Shown here: positions 1 through 10,370 of the stretch, in pieces
Numbering within the stretch: position 1 is the first letter of the stretch
Layout: every line of letters starts with the position of its first letter
Origin: Alphaproteobacteria bacterium
GTDB lineage: Bacteria; Pseudomonadota; Alphaproteobacteria; UBA828
Reading direction: 5' to 3'
Length of the DNA: 64,000 nt
NCBI GenBank assembly: GCA_965221125.1
Contig: CBDCRW010000005.1
Location: 32,001-96,000 of the forward strand
The notes under the pieces: generated by a model
Told to the model about the DNA's origin: nothing
What the model saw: the letters and a program-made list of their open reading frames with translations, nothing else
Database searches by the model: none
Position numbers and translations under genes: made by a program

Positions 1-860
1 ATGTTCATGAAGGTGGGCGAGGCGAACTCCGCTGCGACCACGTAGAGCATGCCCGCGAGGCCTGCGATCGCCGCCGAGACGCAGAAGAAGAACACCTTGT
101 AGATGGCGACGTCATAGCCGAGGTAGCGCACGCGCTCCTCGTTGTCGCGGATGGCCTGCAGGATCACGCCCACCTTGGTGTTGACCAGCCAGCGGGAGCC
201 GATCAGCACCAGGCAGGTGATGACCGCGATGAGGTAGTAGGTCTCCACCAGGTAGGGATCGAACTCCAGGCCGCCCACCGTGAACCAGCCGAGATCGGTC
301 AGCCCATTGAAGCCGTTGATGAGCGGCTGCGCGTCGATCACCAGCAGCCGCACCAGCAGGCAGAGTGCCAGCGTGAGGATCGCGACATAGACGCCCGCGA
401 TGCGCGCGCGGAACATCGCGTAGCCCAGCACGAGGGCGATAAGGGTGGGCATGACGAGCCCCATGGCCACGCCGAACCACTGCTCCTTGAAGGGAATCCA
501 CAGGAACGAGCCCTGGTTGATGCAGCAGAGGTCGATGGGCGCGCCGGGCTCCGACGTCCACAGCATGAAGTCGGGAACCGGCTCGTCCGCCGATCCCTGC
601 TGCAGGCTCGTCGGGCTGGCGAGCTTCAGCGACATCGCCAGCATGTAGGCGCCGAAGCCGAAGAAGAGCCCCTGGCCCAGATTGAGGATGCCCGCGTAGC
701 CCCACGACATGCTGATGGCGATGCCGAGCATGCCAAACACCAGGTACTTGGAGATCCGGTTGAGCCAGAAGACGTCCATGAAGAACGGCAGAAGCATCAC
801 GACGACGATGAACAGCCCGTATGCGGCGAGCTGCAGGTTGGTCCGGGTGAGCAGCTGCAT
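1..860 (-). CDS. urtC: Urea/amide ABC transporter permease (UrtC/LivM-like), runs off the left edge
   Basis: Manual translation from ATG 860: MQLLTRTNLQLAAYGLFIVVVMLLPFFMDVFWLNRISKYLVFGMLGIAISMSWGYAGILNLGQGLFFGFGAY; directly follows urtB. Confidence 0.8.
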   Translation of the reverse strand, partial: MQLLTRTNLQLAAYGLFIVVVMLLPFFMDVFWLNRISKYLVFGMLGIAISMSWGYAGILNLGQGLFFGFGAYMLAMSLKLASPTSLQQGSADEPVPDFMLWTSEPGAPIDLCCINQGSFLWIPFKEQWFGVAMGLVMPTLIALVLGYAMFRARIAGVYVAILTLALCLLVRLLVIDAQPLINGFNGLTDLGWFTVGGLEFDPYLVETYYLIAVITCLVLIGSRWLVNTKVGVILQAIRDNEERVRYLGYDVAIYKVFFFCVSAAIAGLAGMLYVVAAEFASPTFMN

Positions 861-862
861 CG

Positions 863-1756
863 TCAGCGGCCCCGGCGGGAGAACAGGCCCTGGGGCCGCA
901 GGATGATGACGACGATGATGACGCCGAACACGATCGCCCGCGCCAGCACGTCATTCAGCAGGCTCGCGACCCAGCCCTGCACCTCGCCCAGGATCACGGC
1001 CGAGCCGAGGGTGCCGAAGAGGCTGCCGACGCCGCCCATGACGACGACCAGGAAGCCGTCGATCACGAACGGGGTCCCCATGGTGGGCGAGACCGTCTTG
1101 AAGCCGGCCAGCATCACGCCGGCGGCGCCGGCCAGCCCGGAGCCGTAGGCGAAGGTCCACGCGTTGATCTTCTTGTCGTCGATGCCGCAGCAGGACGCGA
1201 TGCCGCGATTGCGCGAGACCGCGCGCAGCTGCATGCCGAAGGAGGTATGGAAGATCAGCCACCAGGTCAGGATGAACAGCCCGATGGTGAGCACGATGAT
1301 GAAGGTGCGGTAGGGCTGCACCACGAAGTCGCCGACCAGGAAGGTCTCGCGGAAGAACGAGGGAACCGGGACGTTCTGCAGGCCGGGGCCGAGCCCGTCG
1401 ATGTGGAGCCCAGCGAACGCGGCGCCGAACTCGAGCCGGATGGCCTGCTGGATGATGATCGCGAGACCCCACGTCGCGAGCAGGGTATCCAGCAGGCGGC
1501 CGTACAATCGTCGCACGATGAAGCGCTCGATGGCGTAGCCGAACGCGCCGGTGACGACGAAGGCGACGGGAATGGTGGCGAGAAAATGCAGGCCGAAATG
1601 GGTCTGGCAGAGAACGGTGACATAGGCGCCGATCATGACGAGCTCGCCATGCGCCATGTTTATGACACCCATGGTGCCGTAGGTGATGGCGAGGCCGAGG
1701 GCGACCAGCAGCAGAATGGACGAAAGACTCAGTCCAATGAAAATTACGTCGGCCAT
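863..1756 (-). CDS. urtB: Urea/amide ABC transporter permease (UrtB/LivH-like)
   Basis: LGLAITYGTMGVINMAHGELVMIGAY motif; hydrophobic 297 aa. Confidence 0.85.
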   Translation of the reverse strand: MADVIFIGLSLSSILLLVALGLAITYGTMGVINMAHGELVMIGAYVTVLCQTHFGLHFLATIPVAFVVTGAFGYAIERFIVRRLYGRLLDTLLATWGLAIIIQQAIRLEFGAAFAGLHIDGLGPGLQNVPVPSFFRETFLVGDFVVQPYRTFIIVLTIGLFILTWWLIFHTSFGMQLRAVSRNRGIASCCGIDDKKINAWTFAYGSGLAGAAGVMLAGFKTVSPTMGTPFVIDGFLVVVMGGVGSLFGTLGSAVILGEVQGWVASLLNDVLARAIVFGVIIVVIILRPQGLFSRRGR

Positions 1757-1813
1757 TCCATGTGAGCCGTTGTGAGCCGTTCAGGTTCCGACGATGCGTG
1801 ACTCCAGGCTGAC

Positions 1814-1841
1814 GGGGGCCGGCGCCGAAACGCCGGCTCCC
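1814..1841 (-). terminator. Intercistronic GC hairpin after the substrate-binding gene
   Basis: GGGGGCCGGCG-ccgaaa-CGCCGGCTCCC; no U-tract, so more likely an mRNA-stabilising hairpin. Confidence 0.4.
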
Positions 1842-1854
1842 TAGCCGTCAGCGG

Positions 1855-3129
1855 CTACGTCTTGAGCTTGCTGGAATCCAGGCCCGCCTGCGTGCAGAAC
1901 AGATTGTCGGGCGCTTCGCCGTAGGCCGAGTACGGCAGCGGCATCAGCGGCTCCGCGTACTCGTCGACGATCTCGGCCTGGCCGTCGGAGCCCCACACGC
2001 CGATGCGCGGCGTCAGCCAGCAGTGCAGGTTCTCGGGCTCGATCCGCACGCGCCCTTCCGGCGCATCTACCTCTTGCCCCTTGGAGGCTTCGCGGACCGA
2101 GAGAGGATCGACCTCGCCCGCCGTCTCCACCGACTGCGCCCACAGGAACACCTGGAAGTAGGCGCATTCCATGGCGTGGTAGGTGACGGTATCGCCGCCC
2201 ATCGTGCTCTTCACGTCTTCCACGAACTTCTCGTTCGCCGCGTTGCTCACCGACTGGAAATAGGGGAACGACGTGACGCTGCCGGCGGCGTAATCCGCCC
2301 CCATCGCCTGCACCTCGATCTCCGAGCAGACGGTGGCGAAGATCGGGAACTTGTCGTAGCTCAGCCCCTGGTTGATGAACTCGCGGCGGAAGGCGACGAT
2401 CGAATCGCCCACGACGTTGGAGTAGACGCAGTCGCACTCGCCGTTCTCCCACATGGTCTTCATCTTGTTGACCATGGAGCCCCACTCGGTGTGGCCGAGC
2501 TCGAGGTACTCGTCGGCGACCCAGGAGCCGCCTTCCCTCTCGACCAGGATCTTGCAGACCTTGGCCATCTCGCGCGGGTAGATGTAGTTGGAGCCGACGA
2601 TGAAGAACTTGTTGTAGCCCTGCTTGGTGATCCAGGGCACGAAGTTCTCCTGCTGCTGGTTGGGCACGGCGCCCGTGTAGATCACGTTCTTCGAGCACTC
2701 GAAGCCTTCGTAGAAGGTCGGATACCAGTAGAGATTCTTGCGCTTCTCGAACACCGGCAGCGCTGCCTTGCGGCTCGCGGACGTGTACGAGCCGAAGACC
2801 GACGGCACCCGGTCGCGCACGACGAGCTTGTTGGCCTTCTCGTTGAAGGTGCGCGGATCGGAAGCCGGATCCTCGATGATCGGCACCACCTTCTTGCCGA
2901 GCACGCCACCGTTCGCGTTGATCTGGTCGATGGCCATCTCGGTAACCTTGCTCAACTGCTTCTCGACGATGGCCGTCGTACCCGTCAGCGAATAGAGGAC
3001 GCCGACCTCGATCTCGTCGTCGTCGGCCCAGGCGAACTGGTAGTCCTTGACCCAGACATGCGGGAACGTCGTCAGCCCGGCGGCACCGAGCGCGATACCG
3101 GATTTCTTCAAGAAGTCACGACGTCTCAT
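1855..3129 (-). CDS. urtA: Urea/short-chain amide ABC substrate-binding protein (UrtA/AmiC family), Tat signal
   Basis: MRRRDFLKK twin-Arg; VGVLYSLTGT, YTSASRK, YPTFYEGFECS, GAVPNQQ, GSNYIYPRE motifs. Confidence 0.85.
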   Translation of the reverse strand: MRRRDFLKKSGIALGAAGLTTFPHVWVKDYQFAWADDDEIEVGVLYSLTGTTAIVEKQLSKVTEMAIDQINANGGVLGKKVVPIIEDPASDPRTFNEKANKLVVRDRVPSVFGSYTSASRKAALPVFEKRKNLYWYPTFYEGFECSKNVIYTGAVPNQQQENFVPWITKQGYNKFFIVGSNYIYPREMAKVCKILVEREGGSWVADEYLELGHTEWGSMVNKMKTMWENGECDCVYSNVVGDSIVAFRREFINQGLSYDKFPIFATVCSEIEVQAMGADYAAGSVTSFPYFQSVSNAANEKFVEDVKSTMGGDTVTYHAMECAYFQVFLWAQSVETAGEVDPLSVREASKGQEVDAPEGRVRIEPENLHCWLTPRIGVWGSDGQAEIVDEYAEPLMPLPYSAYGEAPDNLFCTQAGLDSSKLKT

Positions 3130-3463
3130 AGCTCACTCCTCCCTGTTCCTTGTGCAAGCACAAAGGGCGATCTGCGGTTGTCGCTTGTGTGATTTACGGC
3201 TGGCAGTTGGCCGGTATTCGGGCCGGCCGAAAGGGCGGGATGGACAAGCAGACTCGAACGGAAACCGTCCACCTCATTCTCCCTGGCGGTCTGCACCGAC
3301 CTGCCGCTTTCGCCCTCGATCCCGAGCCGGGATACGGGGCGTCTTGTGGCCTGCCGCCTGGACGCGTCGGAAGTATGGTATGGGTGCCCCTACCCACCGT
3401 CAAGGAGCGCAGCCCGGCGCGTAGCGGGCTGTGGCGGCTGGTCCGAACCTTGAGAGTACGGCC

Positions 3464-4411
3464 TTACGCGCGGCCGCGCCGCGCCTCGATCGCGTCCCAG
3501 ACCAGGGCTTCGAGGCAGGTGCCGTCGAGCCGGTCGATCTCCTGGATGCCGGTGGGCGAGGTGACGTTGATCTCGGTGAGATAGCCGCCGATCACGTCGA
3601 TGCCGGTGAAGATCAGGCCGCGTTCTCGGAGCGCGGGCCCGATGGCATCGCAGATCTCGCGGTCGCGCGCGCTCAGCGCCGATTTGTCCGGCCGGGCGCC
3701 CACGTGCATGTTGGCACGCGCCTCGCCGGCGGCCGGCACGCGGTTCACCGCGCCGACCGGCTCGCCCTCCACCAAGATGATGCGCTTGTCACCGGCGCGC
3801 ACCGCCGGCAGATAGGCCTGGGCGATGATCGGCTCGCGCGATGAGGCGGCGAACATCTCCAGCAGCGCGTTGAGGTTCTCGTCTCCGGGCCCGACGTGGA
3901 ACACGCCCGCGCCGCCGTTGCCGAAGAGGGGTTTCAGGATGATGTCGCCGTGCTCTGCGCGGAAGTCGACGATCATGTCGCGCTCGGCGGTGATCAGCGT
4001 CGGCGGCATCAGCTCCGGAAACCGGGTGACGAAGAGTTTTTCTGGCGCGTTGCGCACATGGACGGGGTCGTTGACCACGAGCGTCGCGGGGTGGATGTGC
4101 TCCAGGATGTGGGTGGCCGTGATGTAGGCCATGTCGAAGGGCGGGTCCTGGCGCATCAGGACGACGTCCATGGCGGCGAGGTCGACAGTCTGCGGAGCCC
4201 CGAGGGTGAAGTGATCGCCGGCCTTGCGCCGCACCTCCAGCGGCCGCACGGTGGCCACCGGGCCGGCCGCCGCCAGCGAGAGCCGCTCTGGCAGATAATG
4301 GTGCAGCCGATGGCCCCTGGCCTGCGCCTCCAGCGCGAGCACGAAGGTGCTGTCGGCCTCGATGTCGATGGCGTCGATCGGGTCCATCTGGATAGCCACG
4401 GCGAGGCTCAT
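3464..4411 (-). CDS. gshB: Glutathione synthetase
   Basis: [43 protein letters not shown] motifs. Confidence 0.97.
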   Translation of the reverse strand: MSLAVAIQMDPIDAIDIEADSTFVLALEAQARGHRLHHYLPERLSLAAAGPVATVRPLEVRRKAGDHFTLGAPQTVDLAAMDVVLMRQDPPFDMAYITATHILEHIHPATLVVNDPVHVRNAPEKLFVTRFPELMPPTLITAERDMIVDFRAEHGDIILKPLFGNGGAGVFHVGPGDENLNALLEMFAASSREPIIAQAYLPAVRAGDKRIILVEGEPVGAVNRVPAAGEARANMHVGARPDKSALSARDREICDAIGPALRERGLIFTGIDVIGGYLTEINVTSPTGIQEIDRLDGTCLEALVWDAIEARRGRA

Positions 4412-4437
4412 GTCACGGACCCTTCACGCGCCAGCGC

Positions 4438-5265
4438 TCAATGCAGCTTGGTGGTGAGCGACGCGAGCGCGGCCTCGACCCGCGGGCGCGCGGAGTCGGG
4501 CAGCGGGCAGGCCAGGCTTTTCTCCAGCGCCTCGACCGCGCCCTTGATGGTGCCGAGCCGCGCGCGCACCGCGCCTAGCTCGTGCCAGAGGCCGCCGGCG
4601 TCGGGCGCGATCAGCAGCATGCGCTCCAGGATCGCCGCGGCGCGGGCGCTGTCGCTCGCCTGCAGCGCGCGCGACTTGATGTTGTTCTGGAGCCTGAGGA
4701 GGATCGAGCGGTTGCCGACCGGCGCGTAGTGGCCGGGCTCCAGCTCCGCATCGACGCCCTGGAATTGCTTGAGCAGGCCCCGCAGGTGGCCCGCTTCCAG
4801 CATCTGCCCCCGGTGGAAGGGATCGACGATCACGCGGCGATCGCCTTCCTCCAGGCGCACCAGGAAGTGGCCGGGGAAGGCCAGCCCGTCCACCGCCCAG
4901 CCCTGCGCGCGGGCGGCGTGGATGTAGAGGATGCCGAGGCTGACCGGCAGGCCCGCCCTGCGGTCGATGACCTGCAGCAGGTTCGCGTTCTCGGGTGCGT
5001 CGTAGCTCTCCGCATCGCCGGCATAGCCGTGCGCGTCGAAGAGGACGGCGTTCACGTGACGGCGGCGGCGCTCCAGCGGCTCGCCTGCGCGCGCCAGCGC
5101 CGCCACGTCCTCGCCGAGCCGCTCCACGTGATCGCGGTAGCCTGCGAGGGAAGCGTTCGGCGTGTCGAGCGCGCCGAGCAGCAGCGCCGCATCGGCCAGG
5201 TCGATCTCGTCGTCCGCGAGGCTGCCGACAGCGCGGAGCGCACGCTCGATCGTCTCACTGGGCAT
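4438..5265 (-). CDS. SirB1-family (transglutaminase-like + TPR) protein
   Basis: YDAPENANLLQVIDRRAGLPVSLGILY, FPGHFLVR, IVDPF motifs; C-terminal TPR. Confidence 0.88.
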   Translation of the reverse strand: MPSETIERALRAVGSLADDEIDLADAALLLGALDTPNASLAGYRDHVERLGEDVAALARAGEPLERRRRHVNAVLFDAHGYAGDAESYDAPENANLLQVIDRRAGLPVSLGILYIHAARAQGWAVDGLAFPGHFLVRLEEGDRRVIVDPFHRGQMLEAGHLRGLLKQFQGVDAELEPGHYAPVGNRSILLRLQNNIKSRALQASDSARAAAILERMLLIAPDAGGLWHELGAVRARLGTIKGAVEALEKSLACPLPDSARPRVEAALASLTTKLH

Positions 5266-5956
5266 TGAGGGTGTGCCGGGCGGCGGGGGGCGGCGGCGCC
5301 GGCCGGCGCGGGTCGTCCTTCATCATCACGTGGCTCACGACCTGCTTCACGCCGTCGACGCTGCGGGCGTGCGCCCTCACCTTCTCCAGCTCTTCCTCGT
5401 CCTGCGCGATCCCCAGGATATAGACCGTGCCGTTGACGGTCTCGATGTCGTAGTTGACCGACAGGACATCGAGATCGAAGAGCAGCCTGGCGTCGAGCCT
5501 CAGCGAAATCCACCTGTCCCGCGCGTAGTCGAGAATCCCGCCCTCCGCGGTCACCTGCATCTCGTTGATGACCTCGCGAATGCCGGTGGCTTGGCGCGCG
5601 ATCCAGCTCGCGCGCTCCCGGTCCTCCTGGGTGGGCACGCTGCCCTTGAGCAGGACGCGGCCCTCGACCACGCTTATCGACACGTCGTTGTAAAGGTCGA
5701 CGTCGTCCTGGAAGAAGAGGTGGTTGAGCTCCGCCTGGATCGACAGGTCCTCGAACGCGTCGCCGACCGTGCGCTCCTCGGCTATCGCGAGGCTTGTCGT
5801 GGCGGCGGCGCCGACGACGAACTCCGCACAGCCGGTGAAGGACAGGGGCGCGGCGAGCACCAGGGCGAGGGCGGCCGCCCACGGCGCGCGGCGCCGGAGG
5901 CAGGGGCGGTGTCCGCCCGGTGGGCATATGCGTTCGATCGCCGCAGCCGCGATCAA
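5255..5956 (-). CDS. BON-domain lipoprotein (YraP/DolP-like), copy 1
   Basis: Lipobox FTGC; two BON domains (VVEGRVLLKG, ETVNGTVYILG). Confidence 0.88.
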   Translation of the reverse strand: MIAAAAIERICPPGGHRPCLRRRAPWAAALALVLAAPLSFTGCAEFVVGAAATTSLAIAEERTVGDAFEDLSIQAELNHLFFQDDVDLYNDVSISVVEGRVLLKGSVPTQEDRERASWIARQATGIREVINEMQVTAEGGILDYARDRWISLRLDARLLFDLDVLSVNYDIETVNGTVYILGIAQDEEELEKVRAHARSVDGVKQVVSHVMMKDDPRRPAPPPPAARHTLNAQ

Positions 5957-6552
5957 GGCGTCACCGGGCGGCGCGGGTCGTCCTTCACCACGACGTGGCT
6001 CACGACCTGCTTCACATCCTCGATGCCGCGGGCGTGCTCGATCACCCGCACGAGCTCCGCCTCGTCCTGCGCGATGCCCAGGAGGTAGACCGTGCCGTTG
6101 ACGGTCTCGACGCTGTAGTTGACGGAGAGGACGTCGCCGTCAATGAGGAGCCGGCCCTTGAGCTGCGCCGAGATCCAGCTGTCCCGCGCGTAGTCCAGGA
6201 GTCCGCCCTCGTCGGTCACCTGAAGCTCGTTGATGACCTCGCGCACGCCGGCGGCCTGCCACGCGAGCCTGAGCGCCTCGACGCGGTCTTCGGGCGTGGG
6301 CACGCTTCCCTTGATCAGGACGCGGCCCTCGAACACGCTGAAGGACACGTTCTGGTAGAGGTCTATGTCCTTCTGGAAGAAGAGGTGGTTGAGCTCGGCG
6401 CGAATGGTCAGGTCGTCGACCGCAGCGCCGACGGATCGTTCCTCGGCGATGGCGATGCCGGTCGTCGCGGCAGTGCCGACGATGATCTCGGCGCATCCGG
6501 AGAGCGCGAGAGAGCCGGCCGCCAGGGCCAGGAGCGCAGCAATTGCCCCCAT
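5953..6552 (-). CDS. BON-domain lipoprotein (YraP/DolP-like), copy 2
   Basis: Lipobox LSGC after MGAIAALLALAAGS; two BON domains; start placed at ATG 6552, downstream of yraN. Confidence 0.85.
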   Translation of the reverse strand: MGAIAALLALAAGSLALSGCAEIIVGTAATTGIAIAEERSVGAAVDDLTIRAELNHLFFQKDIDLYQNVSFSVFEGRVLIKGSVPTPEDRVEALRLAWQAAGVREVINELQVTDEGGLLDYARDSWISAQLKGRLLIDGDVLSVNYSVETVNGTVYLLGIAQDEAELVRVIEHARGIEDVKQVVSHVVVKDDPRRPVTP

Positions 6553-6581
6553 CCGCCGGCTCGGGCGCCGAACCGATCGCG

Positions 6582-6974
6582 TCAGATCACGGCCCCGCTT
6601 CGCTCGGGGCGCCACGCATCCGGCAAGTGGCACGGCCATCGCCAGGGGGTCACCACCATCAAATCGAATCGGAACGAAAGCTTGCGCCAATTCGGGTGGC
6701 GCGACAAGAAAACGGTGGCCGCATTCTCGATACGCCGGCGCTGATGGGCGGAAATCGCCTCGAGAACGCCTCGGCGGTCGTTGCGATGCTTCACTTCGAT
6801 GAAGGCGATCAGCCCGCCGCGCTTCGCCACGATGTCGATCTCGCCGGCCGGCGTTGCATAGCGCCGCGCCAGGATGCGCCAGCCGGCGAGCCGGAGCCGC
6901 AGCGTACACAGACGCTCCGCCGCCTTGCCCCGCTCATGGGCGGCACGCCGCGCGGTCAGGGATCGCCCGCGCAT
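6582..6974 (-). CDS. yraN: YraN/UPF0102 family protein
   Basis: GEIDIVA..IAFIEVK..RFD motif; position after rsmI. Confidence 0.9.
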   Translation of the reverse strand: MRGRSLTARRAAHERGKAAERLCTLRLRLAGWRILARRYATPAGEIDIVAKRGGLIAFIEVKHRNDRRGVLEAISAHQRRRIENAATVFLSRHPNWRKLSFRFDLMVVTPWRWPCHLPDAWRPERSGAVI

Positions 6975-7903
6975 CCCTTCCGCGCCCCTGAGCGGGAGAG
7001 AGCGAGCGCGCGGGCATAGAGCTCGCGGCGGGGCCGTCCGGTCTCCGCGCTGAGCGCCGCCGCCGCATCGCGCACGGAGCCAGTCGCGAGCAGGCTGCCG
7101 AGCCGGTCGTCGATCTCCGCGTCGGAGAGCGCGGGCCGCGCCGCGTCCCCCTGGCCCCCCACGACGACGACGACTTCGCCCTTGGGCGGGCCGGCCTCGC
7201 CGTAGTGGGCCGCCAGCCGGTCGAGCGGTCCGCGCCGCATCTCCTCGTGCAGCTTGGTCAGCTCGCGCGCCACCGCAGCCCGGCGCGGGCCCAGCGCTTC
7301 CGCCATGTCCGCCAGCGATGCGGCCAGCCGGCGGGGCGATTCGAAGAAGACCAGCGTGGCATCGAGCGATCTAAGCGCGGTGAGCGCCTCCTGCCGCGCC
7401 TTGGCGCGGGCCGGGAGGAAGCCGCCGAAGTAGAAGCGATCGGTCGGCAGGCCGGAGAGGACGAGAGCCAGCAACAGCGCGCTCGGGCCGGGGCAGCCGC
7501 TCACGTGAACGCCGGCATCGAGCGCGGCACGGACCAGCTTGTAGCCGGGGTCGGAGATCAGCGGCGTGCCCGCGTCGGCGACCAGCGCCACCGCGCCGCC
7601 TTCCGCCAGCATGCGGATCAGCGTCGGGCGGACCCGCGCGGCATTGTGCTCGTGGTAGGAGACGAGGCGGGCCGCGATGCCGTGGCGCGCGAGGAGGCGC
7701 CCAGTGCGGCGGGTATCCTCGCAGGCGATGCGGTCGACCGACGCGAGCACCGAAAGCGCCCGCCGCGAAATGTCCTCCAGGTTGCCGATGGGCGTCGCCA
7801 CCAGCCAGAGGCCCGCTTCGGCGCCCGGCTGCGGTTTACTCGCGGGCGCGTCGTCCCTACTCTGTCCCGCGCCTGCCGGCGTCGCAGGAGCTTCCTCGGG
7901 CAT
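6956..7903 (-). CDS. rsmI: 16S rRNA C1402 2'-O-methyltransferase
   Basis: LVATPIGNLEDIS, ACEDTRRT, DAGTPLISDPG, FESPRR, RELTKLHEE; start uncertain. Confidence 0.95.
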   Translation of the reverse strand: MPEEAPATPAGAGQSRDDAPASKPQPGAEAGLWLVATPIGNLEDISRRALSVLASVDRIACEDTRRTGRLLARHGIAARLVSYHEHNAARVRPTLIRMLAEGGAVALVADAGTPLISDPGYKLVRAALDAGVHVSGCPGPSALLLALVLSGLPTDRFYFGGFLPARAKARQEALTALRSLDATLVFFESPRRLAASLADMAEALGPRRAAVARELTKLHEEMRRGPLDRLAAHYGEAGPPKGEVVVVVGGQGDAARPALSDAEIDDRLGSLLATGSVRDAAAALSAETGRPRRELYARALALSRSGARKGCAGDP

Positions 7904-9320
7904 GGATCGATCTCGCACCCTCTCCGCAGCCGGCCGGTGCCGGCGGATCGGACCGGCAGGCGCCGCCCTGCTGCTGATCCTGCTCGCCGGCGCCTGCGCC
8001 GCGCCGAGCGTAGCGCCGCCGCAGCCAGAGGACCAGCCGCCGCCGCCGCCTGAGACCGAGGCGCCCGAGCCGGAGGCCGAGGACGAGGCGCTCGTCGCCC
8101 CCCCTGCCGACGACGTGGCCGCGCCCGAGCCGGCCGAGGACGAACCGGCCGCTGTGCCCGAGGCGACGCCGGCCGTCGCCAGGGTGGGCCTGCTGCTGCC
8201 GCTGACCGGCCGCTACGCGGCGGAGGGCGAGACCCTGCTACGCGCCGCGCAGCTCGCGCTCTTCGACACCGCCGACGAGCACTTCCTCCTGCTACCGCGC
8301 GATACGGAAGGCACGGCGACGGGCGCGGAAAGAGCCGCGCTCGCGCTGCTGGAAGAGGGCGTCGACCTGATCCTGGGCCCGCTGTTCTCCGAGGGCGTGA
8401 GCGCCGTCGCCGGCCACGCCCGGATGCGGAACGTCACGGTCGTGGCCTTCTCGACCGACCGGGCGGCGGCGAGCGCGGGGGTCTACCTGCTGGGCCACAC
8501 GCCGCGCGCCCAGATCAGGCGGGTCTTCGCCCACGCGGCGGCCAAGGGCCATCGGGAGATCGCTCTTCTCGTGCCGGACACGCGCTACGGCGCGGCGGTT
8601 CTGGTCGAGGCCTGGGCGGCGGCGGAGGCTTCCGGCCTCTCGCCCACGCGGGTCCGCACCTACGCGCCGGACGCGTCCGACGCGGCCGAGGTGGTGCGCG
8701 CGCTCGCCGAGTACGACAGGCGGGCGCAGGCGCTCAAGGACGAGAGAGCCGCGCTCGCGCGCCAGAACGATGCCGCCGCGCGCCAGCGCCTGGGGCGGCT
8801 CGCGACGCTGGACACCCTGGGCGCGCTGCCCTTCGATGCCCTGCTGCTGGCCGACGGCGGCGCCCGGCTGCGGCAGGTCGCGCCGCTGCTGCCCTACTAC
8901 GACATCGACCCCGCGAAGATTCGCCTGCTCGGGACGGGCCTGTGGGAGGACCCGGTCACGCTCGGCGAGCCGGCGCTTGCGGGGGGCTGGTTCGCCGGCC
9001 CCGACCCGGCGGCGCGGCGGCACTTCGAGACCCGCTACCGCAGGCTCTTCGGCGAGGCGCCGGGCGCCATCGCCACGGTCGCCTACGACGCGACCGCGCT
9101 GGCGGCTGCGCTGGCGCGCGCCGGTGCCGCGTTCGAGCCCGAGGCCATCGGCAATCGCGGGGGCTTCCTCGGCGCCGACGGGCTGTTCCGCTTCGACGAG
9201 GAGGGGATCGCGGAACGCGGCCTCGCGATCTTCGAGGTGGCGAGCGGCGGCGGGACCTCCATCGTGAGCCCCGCGCCATCGCGCTTCGACACAGGTGAGC
9301 CTGCCCCGGACGACGGTTAG
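7902..9320 (+). CDS. Penicillin-binding-protein activator (LpoA/LppC-like lipoprotein)
   Basis: Lipobox LAGAC, Pro/Glu linker, VGLLLPLTG and ILGPLFS periplasmic-binding fold; divergent from rsmI; start uncertain. Confidence 0.85.
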   Translation: MDRSRTLSAAGRCRRIGPAGAALLLILLAGACAAPSVAPPQPEDQPPPPPETEAPEPEAEDEALVAPPADDVAAPEPAEDEPAAVPEATPAVARVGLLLPLTGRYAAEGETLLRAAQLALFDTADEHFLLLPRDTEGTATGAERAALALLEEGVDLILGPLFSEGVSAVAGHARMRNVTVVAFSTDRAAASAGVYLLGHTPRAQIRRVFAHAAAKGHREIALLVPDTRYGAAVLVEAWAAAEASGLSPTRVRTYAPDASDAAEVVRALAEYDRRAQALKDERAALARQNDAAARQRLGRLATLDTLGALPFDALLLADGGARLRQVAPLLPYYDIDPAKIRLLGTGLWEDPVTLGEPALAGGWFAGPDPAARRHFETRYRRLFGEAPGAIATVAYDATALAAALARAGAAFEPEAIGNRGGFLGADGLFRFDEEGIAERGLAIFEVASGGGTSIVSPAPSRFDTGEPAPDDG

Positions 9321-9395
9321 AGCACGATCCGGCCGGATAGAATCCGTACCTGGTCGTCACACGTTCGCGTACTCGCTTGCTGGGTGCCCGGAAAA

Positions 9396-9508
9396 CCCCC
9401 TCCTCACCCCGACCCTCTCCTCCCCCGAGGGGAGGAGAGGGAGAAAAGGCCGACGCGGCCAGCGTTCCCCCTCCGCCCATTGGGGGGAGGGGGACAGGGG
9501 GAGGTGGG
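9396..9508. repeat. Paired palindromic intergenic repeat (REP/CIR-like) between convergent genes
   Basis: CCTCACCCCGACCCTCTCC...GGAGAGGG unit plus an inverted partner CCCCTCCGCCC...GGGGAGGGGGACAGGGGGAGG. Confidence 0.6.
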
Positions 9509-9596
9509 AACGTTCGGGCCGTCGTGACCCGCTCAGGTCGAAAATCGCTCTACAGCGTGTCCGCTTTCGGCGGGCGGCGGTCACGCCTCGCCGCTG

Positions 9597-10361
<765 letters not shown>

Positions 10362-10370
10362 GGTGCCTCC

